Shown here: positions 49,145 to 58,011 of the stretch, piece by piece
Layout: each line of letters starts with the position of its first letter
How positions within the stretch are numbered: the first letter of the stretch is position 1
Notes under the pieces: generated by a model
Told to the model about the DNA's origin: nothing
Seen by the model: the letters and a program-made list of their open reading frames with translations, nothing else
Database searches by the model: none
Origin: Chitinophagaceae bacterium
GTDB taxonomy: Bacteria; Bacteroidota; Bacteroidia; Chitinophagales; Chitinophagaceae
DNA length: 64,000 nucleotides
Direction of reading: 5' to 3'
NCBI GenBank assembly: GCA_031400855.1
Contig: JANNQR010000045.1
Location: 690-64,689, forward strand
Made by a program: the position numbers and the translations under genes

Positions 49145-52100
49145 AGCTTGTCTCAAACAATATATTCTTGAATAAGTATGGCTTATTGATGCTGGCAGGG
49201 TTGCTATTTATTTTTTCTTTTATTTTTAATAAAACATACCAGAACAGAGCTACAGTAGAAAAAGATGTTTCTTTGGTTGAAAAATACATTCGTCATCATC
49301 AAAACGATTTCAACTCCTTTTGTACGGATACTTCTTTAATTTATCGTTTGCTGGGTCAGGGGGAATCGCTGGATGAATTTACTCAGTTAACAAAAAAAAA
49401 ATATGACATTTTTATCTACTCACTGGACGAATTTGGGAACTCAGTCATGCGTTTTTGGAATAACCAGCTGGTACTTCCACCACCTGAATTAATTACAAAA
49501 GCTGACGGCGAATATTTCTCAAAAGAATCCAATGGGCAGTATTACATAATTAAAAAAACACTGATTGATAGAACAAAGGCAGGTAAGTATATTTTATTTG
49601 CAGTAATACCAATTCGGTCTGAATTTTTTATTACGACTGATTATCTTCCCTTAAGATTTTATTATAGCAGTACTGCTGAAAAAAGAATCAAAATCACGCA
49701 GATTGTTACTGACTTTCCTGTAAAAACCGACAAGGGCAAAATTCTTTTTTACCTGGGTAAGAAAGTACCGGAAGCGATTTCTTATGATAATGGGTTGACA
49801 ATCCTGTTAAACTTTAGTGGCTTATTGTTGCTGGCTCTTTTTTTACATTTTTTTGCGGACTCAATATCAGAAAAAAGGAGCAAATGGAAAGCAATAGGAG
49901 TACTTGCAATCATTTTGGTATCTATAAGGTTCATCACCTATTATTTCCCTTCCTTGCTAAACCTGCGGCAATTTGAATTATTTAGCCCACTTATTTATGG
50001 ATCAAATGTCATTCAGCGATCGTTGGGTGATTTGTTAATTAACGCTGTTTTATTTTGTTGGGTTGTTTTGTTTGCCTGGTCAAAATTGCGTTATATAGAA
50101 GCCCCGACAGCAAATTATTCTAAGCGGATAAGGAATATAGCAGGCATTCTGGCATTATTTATTTTAATTATTTCAACTTTTGTTCTGGCAACGGTTATCA
50201 GAAGTTTAGTAGCTGATTCTAAAATATCATTTGATGTGACTAATTTTTTCAGCCTGGGCCGCTATACAGTTATAGGTTTTTTTGTGCTTGCTTGCCTTTC
50301 GCTTTCATATTACTATTTTTCCAGATTATTGTTCAGGTTAATATTTCCAATATTCAATGGCAGGGATTACCTGATCTTTTTTGCTATTGGTTTTGTCGGG
50401 CTTATTTATCTGACTTTCCGTTATGGTAATCCCCAGGTCTTATTTTATCTGCCGGTATTGGGCTGGTTAATAGGTTATACCTGGATGGTAAATAAAAAGG
50501 GATTCATGTTTAACAAGATCATGGTCAATATCGCAGGAGTGGTTTTCTGGATTTCTGTTTTTTCAATTTCTATTACGGCAATCATGTTTTCACAAAACAG
50601 GAAAGTGGAATGGGAAAAACGGAAATTAATTGCCGATAAACTGGCATTGCAAACCGATCCATCAAGTGAAAGGTTGATGAGTATTGCCATCAAATATCTG
50701 GATAATGATTTTCTATTGGAAAATTTTCCCCGCTTTACTGACGAAGAGAAAAGTACCGGGATTCGGGATAGTATCATTAAGGATAGCTATAGCGGTTACC
50801 TGAATAAGTATGACACAAGGTTATATATCTATGATTCGGCTGATAAGCCATTATACAACGAAGACCTTTTGACATATGAATCATTGAATACAATTTTAAC
50901 TGTTCAGGCAAAACGTACAAAAACTGATGGATTGTATTATTATGAAACTTCATTTGATAAGTTTAATTATATCACCCGAAGGGATATTACCGATTCGGCC
51001 AATCATAAAGTGGGTTCTTTTTTTATCGTTTCCAATTTTAAGAACTATAGCCGGGATGCTTTGTTCCCGGAATTGTTTCGTCAATTCAAAGAAACAGAAC
51101 CTGAGAACTTACCTATTTATTCCAATGCAGTGTATGACAGTCTCAAGTTGAATACACCTCCGGGTACTTATCCATTTTCAATATGGTTAACTGCAAAAGA
51201 AGTTCCCAAAGCAGAATTTGAGAACAGGAGCAATGGCGATTACGATGAGCTTTGGTATAGGGCAAGTAGTGATAAAGTTGTCGTTATTGCCAGGAAAAAG
51301 CAAACAGCAATTGAAACAATTACTTTGTTCTCCTATATTTTTTGCTCTTTTCTTTTCCTGGTAACTTTTGTTCAGTTAATTTCTTTCATACTGAAAACCG
51401 GAATTAGCCGCAAAAGTCTGCGAACGTTATTCCAGTTGAATATTCGTTCACAAGTACACAGCACCATCATCTTCATCAGTATATTTTCTTTCCTGGTTAT
51501 TGGCGCTGCTACGATTTCATTTTTTATCAGCAGAAACAAACAAAATAACAGTGAAAAGCTAAGCAGGACGATGAAGATTATGGTAAATGAAATGCAAAAA
51601 AGGCTTGCTGATAATAATACGTTTGATGATGTGATCAAGATTTATGATTCCGTTTCAAATACTGCTTTACAAAAACTGGTCATTGATGTTTCTGAAATTC
51701 ATGGTGTGAATGTAAATGTGTATGACTTGCAAGGAAACCTGCAGATTTCATCTGAGGCAAATGTTTACATAAAAGGTGTATTGAGTAAGAAAATTGACCC
51801 GACCGCTTTTTATCATCTTGATAGATTGCGCCAGGTTCAACATGCACAGGAGGAACGAATTGGCAACTTCACTTATCTGAGCATTTACTCGCCGGTACGA
51901 GATGAATATGGGAAAGTGTATGCATATATTAATATCCCTTATTTTACTTCTAAACCTGAATTAAGGCAGGAGATTTCTAATTTCCTCGTTACTATTATCA
52001 ACCTGAACGCATTTATATTTTTAATTGCAGGATTAATTGCCTTGTTAATTGCTAATCGAATTACCAACTCATTTTCTATTATCAGTGATAAGATGCGGGA

Positions 52101-52899
52101 AGTAAATCTTGGAAAAAAGAACGAACAAATAGTCTGGAACCGCAACGATGAGATAGGCGAGTTAGTCCTGGAATATAATAAAATGGTGGAAAAGCTTGGA
52201 GAAAGTGCTACAGCACTTGCTAAAAGCGAACGGGAAAGTGCCTGGCGGGAAATGGCCAGACAAGTGGCCCATGAAATAAAGAATCCACTGACCCCGATGA
52301 AGCTCAGTATTCAATATTTGCAGAAGGCTATCAATAACAATCAACCGAATGTAAAAGAATTATCCGGCAACGTTGCCAATACGCTGGTAGAACAAATTGA
52401 CCATCTTTCAAAAATTGCGGCAGACTTTTCTCAATTTGCTAATATCGGTACAACCAATATCACTTCATTTGACCTGCATGATGTTATCAGTTCATTAAAA
52501 GAATTGTATTCTGCAGACGAAAATATTCAGTTTGACTGGCAACCGCTTTCTGAAACTTTGATGGTGATGGCAGATAAAACACAGATGAATAGGTTATTTA
52601 CTAATCTTCTTGCGAATGCAATTGATGCTTGCGTAGGGAATGACATCTGTATAATCGGGATAAAAGAGGGTATGTTTAATGATAAAGTAAGGATTAGTAT
52701 AAAAGATAATGGCGAAGGAATAGTACCTGAAATGGCAGAACGGATTTTTATTCCAAATTTTACTACAAAATCATCAGGTACCGGGTTAGGCCTGGCAATG
52801 TGCAAAGGAATTGTTGAGCAAGCCAAAGGAAGAATTTGGTTTGAAACTGAACAGGGGGAAGGCACTACTTTCCATGTTGAATTACCAATAACCAAATAA
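49141..52899 (+). CDS. Large multi-TM sensor histidine kinase (NtrY-like, HAMP-HisKA-HATPase)
   Basis: DEIGELVLEYNKM HAMP, AWREMARQVAHEIKNPLTPMKL H-box, NLLANAIDA, DNGEGI, FTTKSSGTGLGL; GTG start overlaps the mazG stop. Confidence 0.92.
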   Translation: MKLVSNNIFLNKYGLLMLAGLLFIFSFIFNKTYQNRATVEKDVSLVEKYIRHHQNDFNSFCTDTSLIYRLLGQGESLDEFTQLTKKKYDIFIYSLDEFGNSVMRFWNNQLVLPPPELITKADGEYFSKESNGQYYIIKKTLIDRTKAGKYILFAVIPIRSEFFITTDYLPLRFYYSSTAEKRIKITQIVTDFPVKTDKGKILFYLGKKVPEAISYDNGLTILLNFSGLLLLALFLHFFADSISEKRSKWKAIGVLAIILVSIRFITYYFPSLLNLRQFELFSPLIYGSNVIQRSLGDLLINAVLFCWVVLFAWSKLRYIEAPTANYSKRIRNIAGILALFILIISTFVLATVIRSLVADSKISFDVTNFFSLGRYTVIGFFVLACLSLSYYYFSRLLFRLIFPIFNGRDYLIFFAIGFVGLIYLTFRYGNPQVLFYLPVLGWLIGYTWMVNKKGFMFNKIMVNIAGVVFWISVFSISITAIMFSQNRKVEWEKRKLIADKLALQTDPSSERLMSIAIKYLDNDFLLENFPRFTDEEKSTGIRDSIIKDSYSGYLNKYDTRLYIYDSADKPLYNEDLLTYESLNTILTVQAKRTKTDGLYYYETSFDKFNYITRRDITDSANHKVGSFFIVSNFKNYSRDALFPELFRQFKETEPENLPIYSNAVYDSLKLNTPPGTYPFSIWLTAKEVPKAEFENRSNGDYDELWYRASSDKVVVIARKKQTAIETITLFSYIFCSFLFLVTFVQLISFILKTGISRKSLRTLFQLNIRSQVHSTIIFISIFSFLVIGAATISFFISRNKQNNSEKLSRTMKIMVNEMQKRLADNNTFDDVIKIYDSVSNTALQKLVIDVSEIHGVNVNVYDLQGNLQISSEANVYIKGVLSKKIDPTAFYHLDRLRQVQHAQEERIGNFTYLSIYSPVRDEYGKVYAYINIPYFTSKPELRQEISNFLVTIINLNAFIFLIAGLIALLIANRITNSFSIISDKMREVNLGKKNEQIVWNRNDEIGELVLEYNKMVEKLGESATALAKSERESAWREMARQVAHEIKNPLTPMKLSIQYLQKAINNNQPNVKELSGNVANTLVEQIDHLSKIAADFSQFANIGTTNITSFDLHDVISSLKELYSADENIQFDWQPLSETLMVMADKTQMNRLFTNLLANAIDACVGNDICIIGIKEGMFNDKVRISIKDNGEGIVPEMAERIFIPNFTTKSSGTGLGLAMCKGIVEQAKGRIWFETEQGEGTTFHVELPITK

Positions 52900-52948
52900 T
52901 CTTATTCCTTTCTTACTGCTTCCTATCTTTAAGTATAAATTTTCTACA

Positions 52949-54877
52949 ATGAAAAGAATAACTTTCTTTCTACTGGGTGTATTATCTACAATTACCAGTA
53001 TAGCGCAAAGAACTGAGAAGCCACCACTTCATGGCAAAAACTGGATGGCTATAACCGGTAAACCATTAGCGGCAACTGCTGGATCTATCATTTTTCAGAA
53101 AGGTGGTAATGCTGTTGATGCAGCATGTGCTATGCTGGCTGCTACCTGTACCATGTGGGATGTATTAAGTTGGGGAGGGGAAACACAAGCTTTGATTTAT
53201 AATCCAAAAACAAAAAAAGTAATTGCCATTAATGCACTTGGGGTAGCACCAACAGGAGCTACCGTTGATTTTTTTAAAAAGAAAGGATATTCATTTCCGC
53301 CAGAGTATGGTCCTTTGGCTGCCACCACACCCGGTACAGTCGGTGGTCTATGTTATATGCTGGCGCAATATGGAACGATGAGTCTGGAGCAGGTGTTGGG
53401 ACCTGCAATGCAACTAGCAGCAGGCTACCCGATAGATGCACAAACTGCTAACTCAATGGAAAGAGGTAAAGAAAGAATAAAAGAATGGCCTTATAGCGCA
53501 AAAGTTTTTTTACCTCACACAGGGGAAAAAAGAGAAGCACCCGAAGCTGGAGAAATTTTTATACAAAAGGATTTGCTGGCAACATTGACAAAAATGGTAG
53601 AAGCAGAGAGAGTCATGCTTAAACAAAAGAAAAGCCGCAAAGAAGCTATCATGGCCGGCAATGATCGTTTTTATAAAGGGGATATTGCCAAAGAATTTGT
53701 CAGAGGATGTAAGGAACAAGGTGGATTGATAACATTGGAAGACCTTGCCAGGTGGAAACCAATTGAAGAAGTACCGATGTCAGTGAATTATAAAGGTATT
53801 GAAGTATACAAGCTGCAGCAATGGACACAAGGGCCGGCATTGCTGCAATCACTGAATATACTGGAGAATTTCGATTTGAAAAAAATGGGATATAACAGCT
53901 CTCAATACATTCATACGTTATACCAAACTATGAATTTAGCATTTGCCGATCGTGACTTTTATTATGGCGATCCCTACTTTCCACCTGCTGAACCCATGAA
54001 AGGATTGCTGAGTAAAGATTATTCAAAGCAAAGAGCTGCATTGATCAAACCGGAAATGAATGATCGGAGCATTAGTCCCGGCGACCCTTATCCTTTTGAA
54101 GGGGAAACAAATCCTTATACTGAATTGCTGAAGAAATGGAATACATCTGGTGATGGGAATAGAAATTTTGTTCCTGCTCATGATTCTGCTTCCGCTTATA
54201 TCCAATCCCGGGAGAGCCTGTCCCGATTTTTCGGGAGGCTTGAGGTAGATAGCGATGAATTATATATGGAAAGATTATGGATGGGAACAACATCCGTGGA
54301 AGCAGCCGATAAAGATGGCTGGGTTGTTTCCATCACACCAAGCGGAGGATGGCTGCCTGCCTGCATTGCGGGTAATACAGGTGTAGGTATGAGCCAACGA
54401 TTACAAAGTTTTGTGCTGGATTCAACATTGAACCCTTTTAATGTGATAGAGCCAGGGAAAAGACCAAGGGTAACACTAACACCAACGATGGCATTGAAAG
54501 ATGGAAAACCATTTTTATCTTTTGCTGTACAGGGTGGTGATACACAGGATCAAAATTTATTACAGTTCTTTTTAAATATGGTTGAATTTAATATGACCGT
54601 GCAACAAGCTTGTGAAGCTGCTAATATTAACTCTAACCAGCTATGGCTTTCTCTCGGCGGGACTAAAATCGAAGACCGTAAACCAAGGGCAGGAGAAATT
54701 TTAGTAAGCAATACCACAAAAGAAGAGGTAAAGAACGACCTGACTAAAATGGGATATAAGGTAACCACAGGAAGTCGTACCAGCGGCCCTATCAATGCTA
54801 TTTATTTTGACTGGAAGCATGGTAGCTTCTGGGGTGGTAGCAGTAATAATGGTGAGGATTATGGAATAGGGTGGTAG
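52949..54877 (+). CDS. ggt: Gamma-glutamyltransferase family protein (Ntn hydrolase)
   Basis: Signal peptide; GGNAVDAA, LSWGGE, PGTVGG, FADRDFYYGDP, GTTS nucleophile, PGKRPRVTL, QGGDTQDQ. Confidence 0.92.
   Translation: MKRITFFLLGVLSTITSIAQRTEKPPLHGKNWMAITGKPLAATAGSIIFQKGGNAVDAACAMLAATCTMWDVLSWGGETQALIYNPKTKKVIAINALGVAPTGATVDFFKKKGYSFPPEYGPLAATTPGTVGGLCYMLAQYGTMSLEQVLGPAMQLAAGYPIDAQTANSMERGKERIKEWPYSAKVFLPHTGEKREAPEAGEIFIQKDLLATLTKMVEAERVMLKQKKSRKEAIMAGNDRFYKGDIAKEFVRGCKEQGGLITLEDLARWKPIEEVPMSVNYKGIEVYKLQQWTQGPALLQSLNILENFDLKKMGYNSSQYIHTLYQTMNLAFADRDFYYGDPYFPPAEPMKGLLSKDYSKQRAALIKPEMNDRSISPGDPYPFEGETNPYTELLKKWNTSGDGNRNFVPAHDSASAYIQSRESLSRFFGRLEVDSDELYMERLWMGTTSVEAADKDGWVVSITPSGGWLPACIAGNTGVGMSQRLQSFVLDSTLNPFNVIEPGKRPRVTLTPTMALKDGKPFLSFAVQGGDTQDQNLLQFFLNMVEFNMTVQQACEAANINSNQLWLSLGGTKIEDRKPRAGEILVSNTTKEEVKNDLTKMGYKVTTGSRTSGPINAIYFDWKHGSFWGGSSNNGEDYGIGW
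54217..54236. repeat. Palindrome within ggt coding sequence (LSRFFG)
   Basis: CCTGTCCCGATTTTTCGGGA; same TCCCGA/TCGGGA stem as intergenic copies at 23188-23234. Confidence 0.6.
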
Positions 54878-55246
54878 TTACTGAAGTTGTTGAAATGCTG
54901 CTTCAAGATTTTTCGCAGCTTGTTTAGGAAAAGTAACGTCGTTGGCAAATACAAAAACATCATCGGGCTTGTGTTCTTTTTCTGCAGCCAGCTTTTCCCA
55001 TTTTTGAGACCACTCAGTGTAATGGGTGATTAGGGATTGAATGTCATCCTGTAAATTTTCTGGCATTAAGTACTTGTTGTCAGTGAGTAATTTTAATGCG
55101 TTGCTATTGTACAATTTTAATTGCTGGGCATATTGAAATGTTTTTCCGGCGGCTAAATAGCTTTTGTAGGAATGAGTAGACTGATTGAGAATTGTAATTA
55201 GTGCCTTGAAAAATTCTGATGGGTGATGGTTACTATAATTTTGCAT
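54878..55246 (-). CDS. Hypothetical protein
   Basis: 122-aa ORF overlapping the polX stop, with natural amino-acid composition; no recognised motif. Confidence 0.65.
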   Translation of the reverse strand: MQNYSNHHPSEFFKALITILNQSTHSYKSYLAAGKTFQYAQQLKLYNSNALKLLTDNKYLMPENLQDDIQSLITHYTEWSQKWEKLAAEKEHKPDDVFVFANDVTFPKQAAKNLEAAFQQLQ

Positions 55247-56951
55247 TTTTATTTCTTCTTTGATGCATTAAAAAATCCGTAAACTCCTTCAATCCAAAAC
55301 TGCTTAAATTATTCTCCTTCTCCATCCCACCTTTTTGCCCCGCAAGCACTCCATATTTCACATCATCAAAACCACTAAGAGCATGAGCATCCGGGTTAAT
55401 AGAAAGTAAAACGCCTTTTTCAATAGCATAATCAATCCATTTCCAGTCAATGTCCAGTCGCCGGGGGTGGGCATTTAACTCTATCACGACATTATTAGCA
55501 GCGCAGGCTTCAATTATTTTTTTATGATCAACCGGGTAGCCGTTGCGGCTTAGCAACAAACGGCCCGTCATGTGGCCAAGAATAGTAGTGTAAGGGTTTT
55601 CAATGGCTGTTATTAATCGCTTCATGGCCTTATCTTCCGGCATTTTCAGGTTGCTATGCACGGAAGCTATTACAAGGTCAAATGTTTTAAGAACGGCTTC
55701 AGGGTAATCCAGGCTGCCATCGTTAAGTATATCACTTTCAATGCTTTTGAAGATTTTAAAGGCCTGTCCGCCGGGGCCCTTAGGAGATGGCTGTAGGGCC
55801 AGTTGTTTGTTTAACTCATCAATTTGCTTATGCTGCGCCAATATCCTGTCTTCCTTAAGCCCATTAGCATAAAAAGCGGTTTGAGAGTGGTCGGAGATAA
55901 CAAGGTATTCAAACCCCCGTTTGATGCACTCTTCTGCCATTTCTTCAATTGTATTGGTTCCATCACTCCAGTTGCTATGGCTATGAATGATTGAACAGAT
56001 CTCTTCTGTTTGAATTATTCGGGGAAGCTTATTCTTTATGGCTAATTCAATGATCGTTGCTTTTTCCCGCAGGCAGGGAAGTATAAATGGAATGTTGGCA
56101 GCTTCAAATACTGATTCATCGTTTTCACTTGCGGTATATTTCAACTTTGGAAATGCATTTTGAAATGCATCTGTAAATTCTTTACTACCCGTTGTCAGGA
56201 ATTGCCGTTCAATAATATTTTGTTTGCCGGTATATAAACGAAGCTTTAATCCATTCATCAGTTTGTACAATAACTCATCTTCTTTTTCTTCCAGCAACTC
56301 AGGTGGTTGTGCTGTTAAAAATTTTGGTTTGATTATTTCTTTTGTTTCGTCAACAACAAATTCTAATTCTTCAATCGTTAATGTATGTCTTCTGTATGCG
56401 CCGGTTACTCTTACTTTTTCTGATGTAAATAATTTTTTGAGATAGTTTTCAACCTGCGGAAACACTTCATTTAGCTGTGCAAATAAAAAGTGCCCCTGGT
56501 TAGAAAAATAAAAATTTATGGCCTCCAGGACGTTTTTTTGTGTTTTTTCTCCAAATCCCTTAAAAAGCGTCAAACGGTTTTCGTTGCAGGCATAAAGCAA
56601 TTCGCCTAACGATTCTATCTCCATCTGCTTCCATATCGTATTAATTTTTTTGGGACCGATACCTTTTATGTTCAGCATTTCAATAACACCTTGCGGAGTT
56701 TTATTGATGTATTCATTCAACGTTTCCAGCTTGCCGGTGTCTAATAACTCAATAACTTTTTTGGCTACACTTTCGCCAATTCCTTTCATAGTGAAAAGTG
56801 TTGAGCGGGGTGTATTTTTTAATTGCATTGGTAGCTTCTCTATGTTGAAAGCCGCTACAGCAAAGGTTTTCGTCTTAAAGGAGTTTTCGCCGTTGATATC
56901 CATTAATTTGGAAAGGAGATCAAAATTATCGGCAATTGCACCATTATCCAT
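55233..56951 (-). CDS. polX: DNA polymerase X / 3'-5' exonuclease PHP-domain protein
   Basis: Lyase-like N-terminus, HhH GIGPKK and GFGEKT, GAYRR; PHP motifs HSHSNWSDG, ISDH, IESDI, SVH, GHMTGR, INPDAH. Confidence 0.92.
   Translation of the reverse strand: MDNGAIADNFDLLSKLMDINGENSFKTKTFAVAAFNIEKLPMQLKNTPRSTLFTMKGIGESVAKKVIELLDTGKLETLNEYINKTPQGVIEMLNIKGIGPKKINTIWKQMEIESLGELLYACNENRLTLFKGFGEKTQKNVLEAINFYFSNQGHFLFAQLNEVFPQVENYLKKLFTSEKVRVTGAYRRHTLTIEELEFVVDETKEIIKPKFLTAQPPELLEEKEDELLYKLMNGLKLRLYTGKQNIIERQFLTTGSKEFTDAFQNAFPKLKYTASENDESVFEAANIPFILPCLREKATIIELAIKNKLPRIIQTEEICSIIHSHSNWSDGTNTIEEMAEECIKRGFEYLVISDHSQTAFYANGLKEDRILAQHKQIDELNKQLALQPSPKGPGGQAFKIFKSIESDILNDGSLDYPEAVLKTFDLVIASVHSNLKMPEDKAMKRLITAIENPYTTILGHMTGRLLLSRNGYPVDHKKIIEACAANNVVIELNAHPRRLDIDWKWIDYAIEKGVLLSINPDAHALSGFDDVKYGVLAGQKGGMEKENNLSSFGLKEFTDFLMHQRRNKNAKL
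55761..55800. repeat. Composite palindromic in-frame insert in polX (LQPSPKGPGGQA)
   Basis: Coding strand GGCCCT-ACAGCCATCTCCTA-AGGGCC then CCGGCGGACAGGCC; sits in the PHP domain between LNKQLA and FKIFKS. Confidence 0.6.
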
Positions 56952-56983
56952 ACAGCTAATTTAGTATTAAAAAGTAAGTGCAT

Positions 56984-57012
56984 AAAAAAAGTCCCAATCA
57001 CTTGGGACTTTT
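56984..57012 (-). terminator. Intrinsic terminator after the histone-like microprotein
   Basis: Minus strand AAAAGTCCCAA-GTGA-TTGGGACTTTTTTT. Confidence 0.88.
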
Positions 57013-57036
57013 AAATCGTTTAAGTTTTTCTTAAAC

Positions 57037-57123
57037 TTATTTCTTCTTTTTAGCAGCTTTTTTCTTAGCAGCTTTCTTTTTAGGAGCAGCTTTTTTCTTA
57101 GCAGCTTTTTTCTTTGTAGCCAT
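57037..57123 (-). CDS. 28-aa Lys/Ala-rich histone-H1-like microprotein
   Basis: MATKKKAAKKKAAPKKKAAKKKAAKKKK*; below the ORF-track cut-off; A-rich initiation context (CTAACAAAATG), own terminator, mixed AAA/AAG codons. Confidence 0.8.
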   Translation of the reverse strand: MATKKKAAKKKAAPKKKAAKKKAAKKKK

Positions 57124-57233
57124 TTTGTTAGAATTTAATGTTAGTAAAAATGGGTTAACGATAGTAAAAATAGCAAATATTTTATATTACCCAAATTTTT
57201 TTTCCACAAAATTCAAATGAGGCTGTTAATTGC

Positions 57234-57503
57234 TTACGCTTCAGTTGCAGTAACTGAGGCTACAGAAACATACATTCTGTTGTCTTTTCTTTTACGAAAT
57301 TCAACAACACCGTCAGTTAATGCAAACAATGTGAAGTCTCTTCCAACTCCAACATTTTTTCCAGGATGATATTCTGTACCACGTTGACGGATGATAATGT
57401 TTCCTGAAATAGCAGGTTGGCCACCAAATATTTTTACACCAAGGCGTTTGCTTTGTGAGTCCCGGTTGTTTTTTACGCTGCCTTCACCTTTCTTATGTGC
57501 CAT
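57234..57503 (-). CDS. rpmA: 50S ribosomal protein L27
   Basis: [42 protein letters not shown]. Confidence 0.98.
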   Translation of the reverse strand: MAHKKGEGSVKNNRDSQSKRLGVKIFGGQPAISGNIIIRQRGTEYHPGKNVGVGRDFTLFALTDGVVEFRKRKDNRMYVSVASVTATEA

Positions 57504-57552
57504 TGTATTAAGTTTATGAGTTAATAAGTTTTAAAACTAATCAGCAAACTGA

Positions 57553-57852
57553 TTAAGCAATACTTGTTACTTTAATTTTTGTGTATGCGGTTCTATGACC
57601 TTTCTTTTTATGAAAACCTTTTCTTCTTTTTTGTTTGTAAGCAATTACTGTATCACCTTTTACCTGGTCAACAATTTCTGCTTTTACTGTAGCATTTACA
57701 GATGCACCTACAGAAAGATTACCACCAGGATCTGCCAGTAATACTTCCAGGGCTACATGATCACCAGCATTACCTTCCAGGCGGGGAACATACAAAGTCT
57801 GGTCTTTTTCTACTCTATATTGTTGTCCGGCTACTCTTATTACAGCTATCAT
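57553..57852 (-). CDS. rplU: 50S ribosomal protein L21
   Basis: Start at ATG 57852 (MIAVIRVAGQQYRV); KRRKGFHKKKGHR..YTKIKV. Confidence 0.96.
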   Translation of the reverse strand: MIAVIRVAGQQYRVEKDQTLYVPRLEGNAGDHVALEVLLADPGGNLSVGASVNATVKAEIVDQVKGDTVIAYKQKRRKGFHKKKGHRTAYTKIKVTSIA

Positions 57853-57871
57853 ACTATTAAAATTTGGACGG

Positions 57872-57902
57872 CAAAGGTAAGGGGAAAAATCGTACCGGCA
57901 AA
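57872..57902 (-). promoter_or_regulatory. Housekeeping promoter of rplU-rpmA
   Basis: Minus strand TTTG (57902-57899)-N19-TACCTTTG (57879-57872). Confidence 0.8.
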
Positions 57903-58011
57903 ACAGAGAATCAAAGATTTGCAAACTTAAAATACCCCTTATTTTGGTAGGGTATACATTATATTTGTAGCCCCCGTTTGGCGGGTTGTAGGGTCTTTTA
58001 GCGTAAAAAGT

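Noticed and set aside
57967-57986. CCCCCGTTTGG upstream of the GH3 gene as a third NarL site
   Set aside because: Lacks the AAT flank, lies downstream of the -7 box, and is better explained as a small 5' UTR hairpin or chance.
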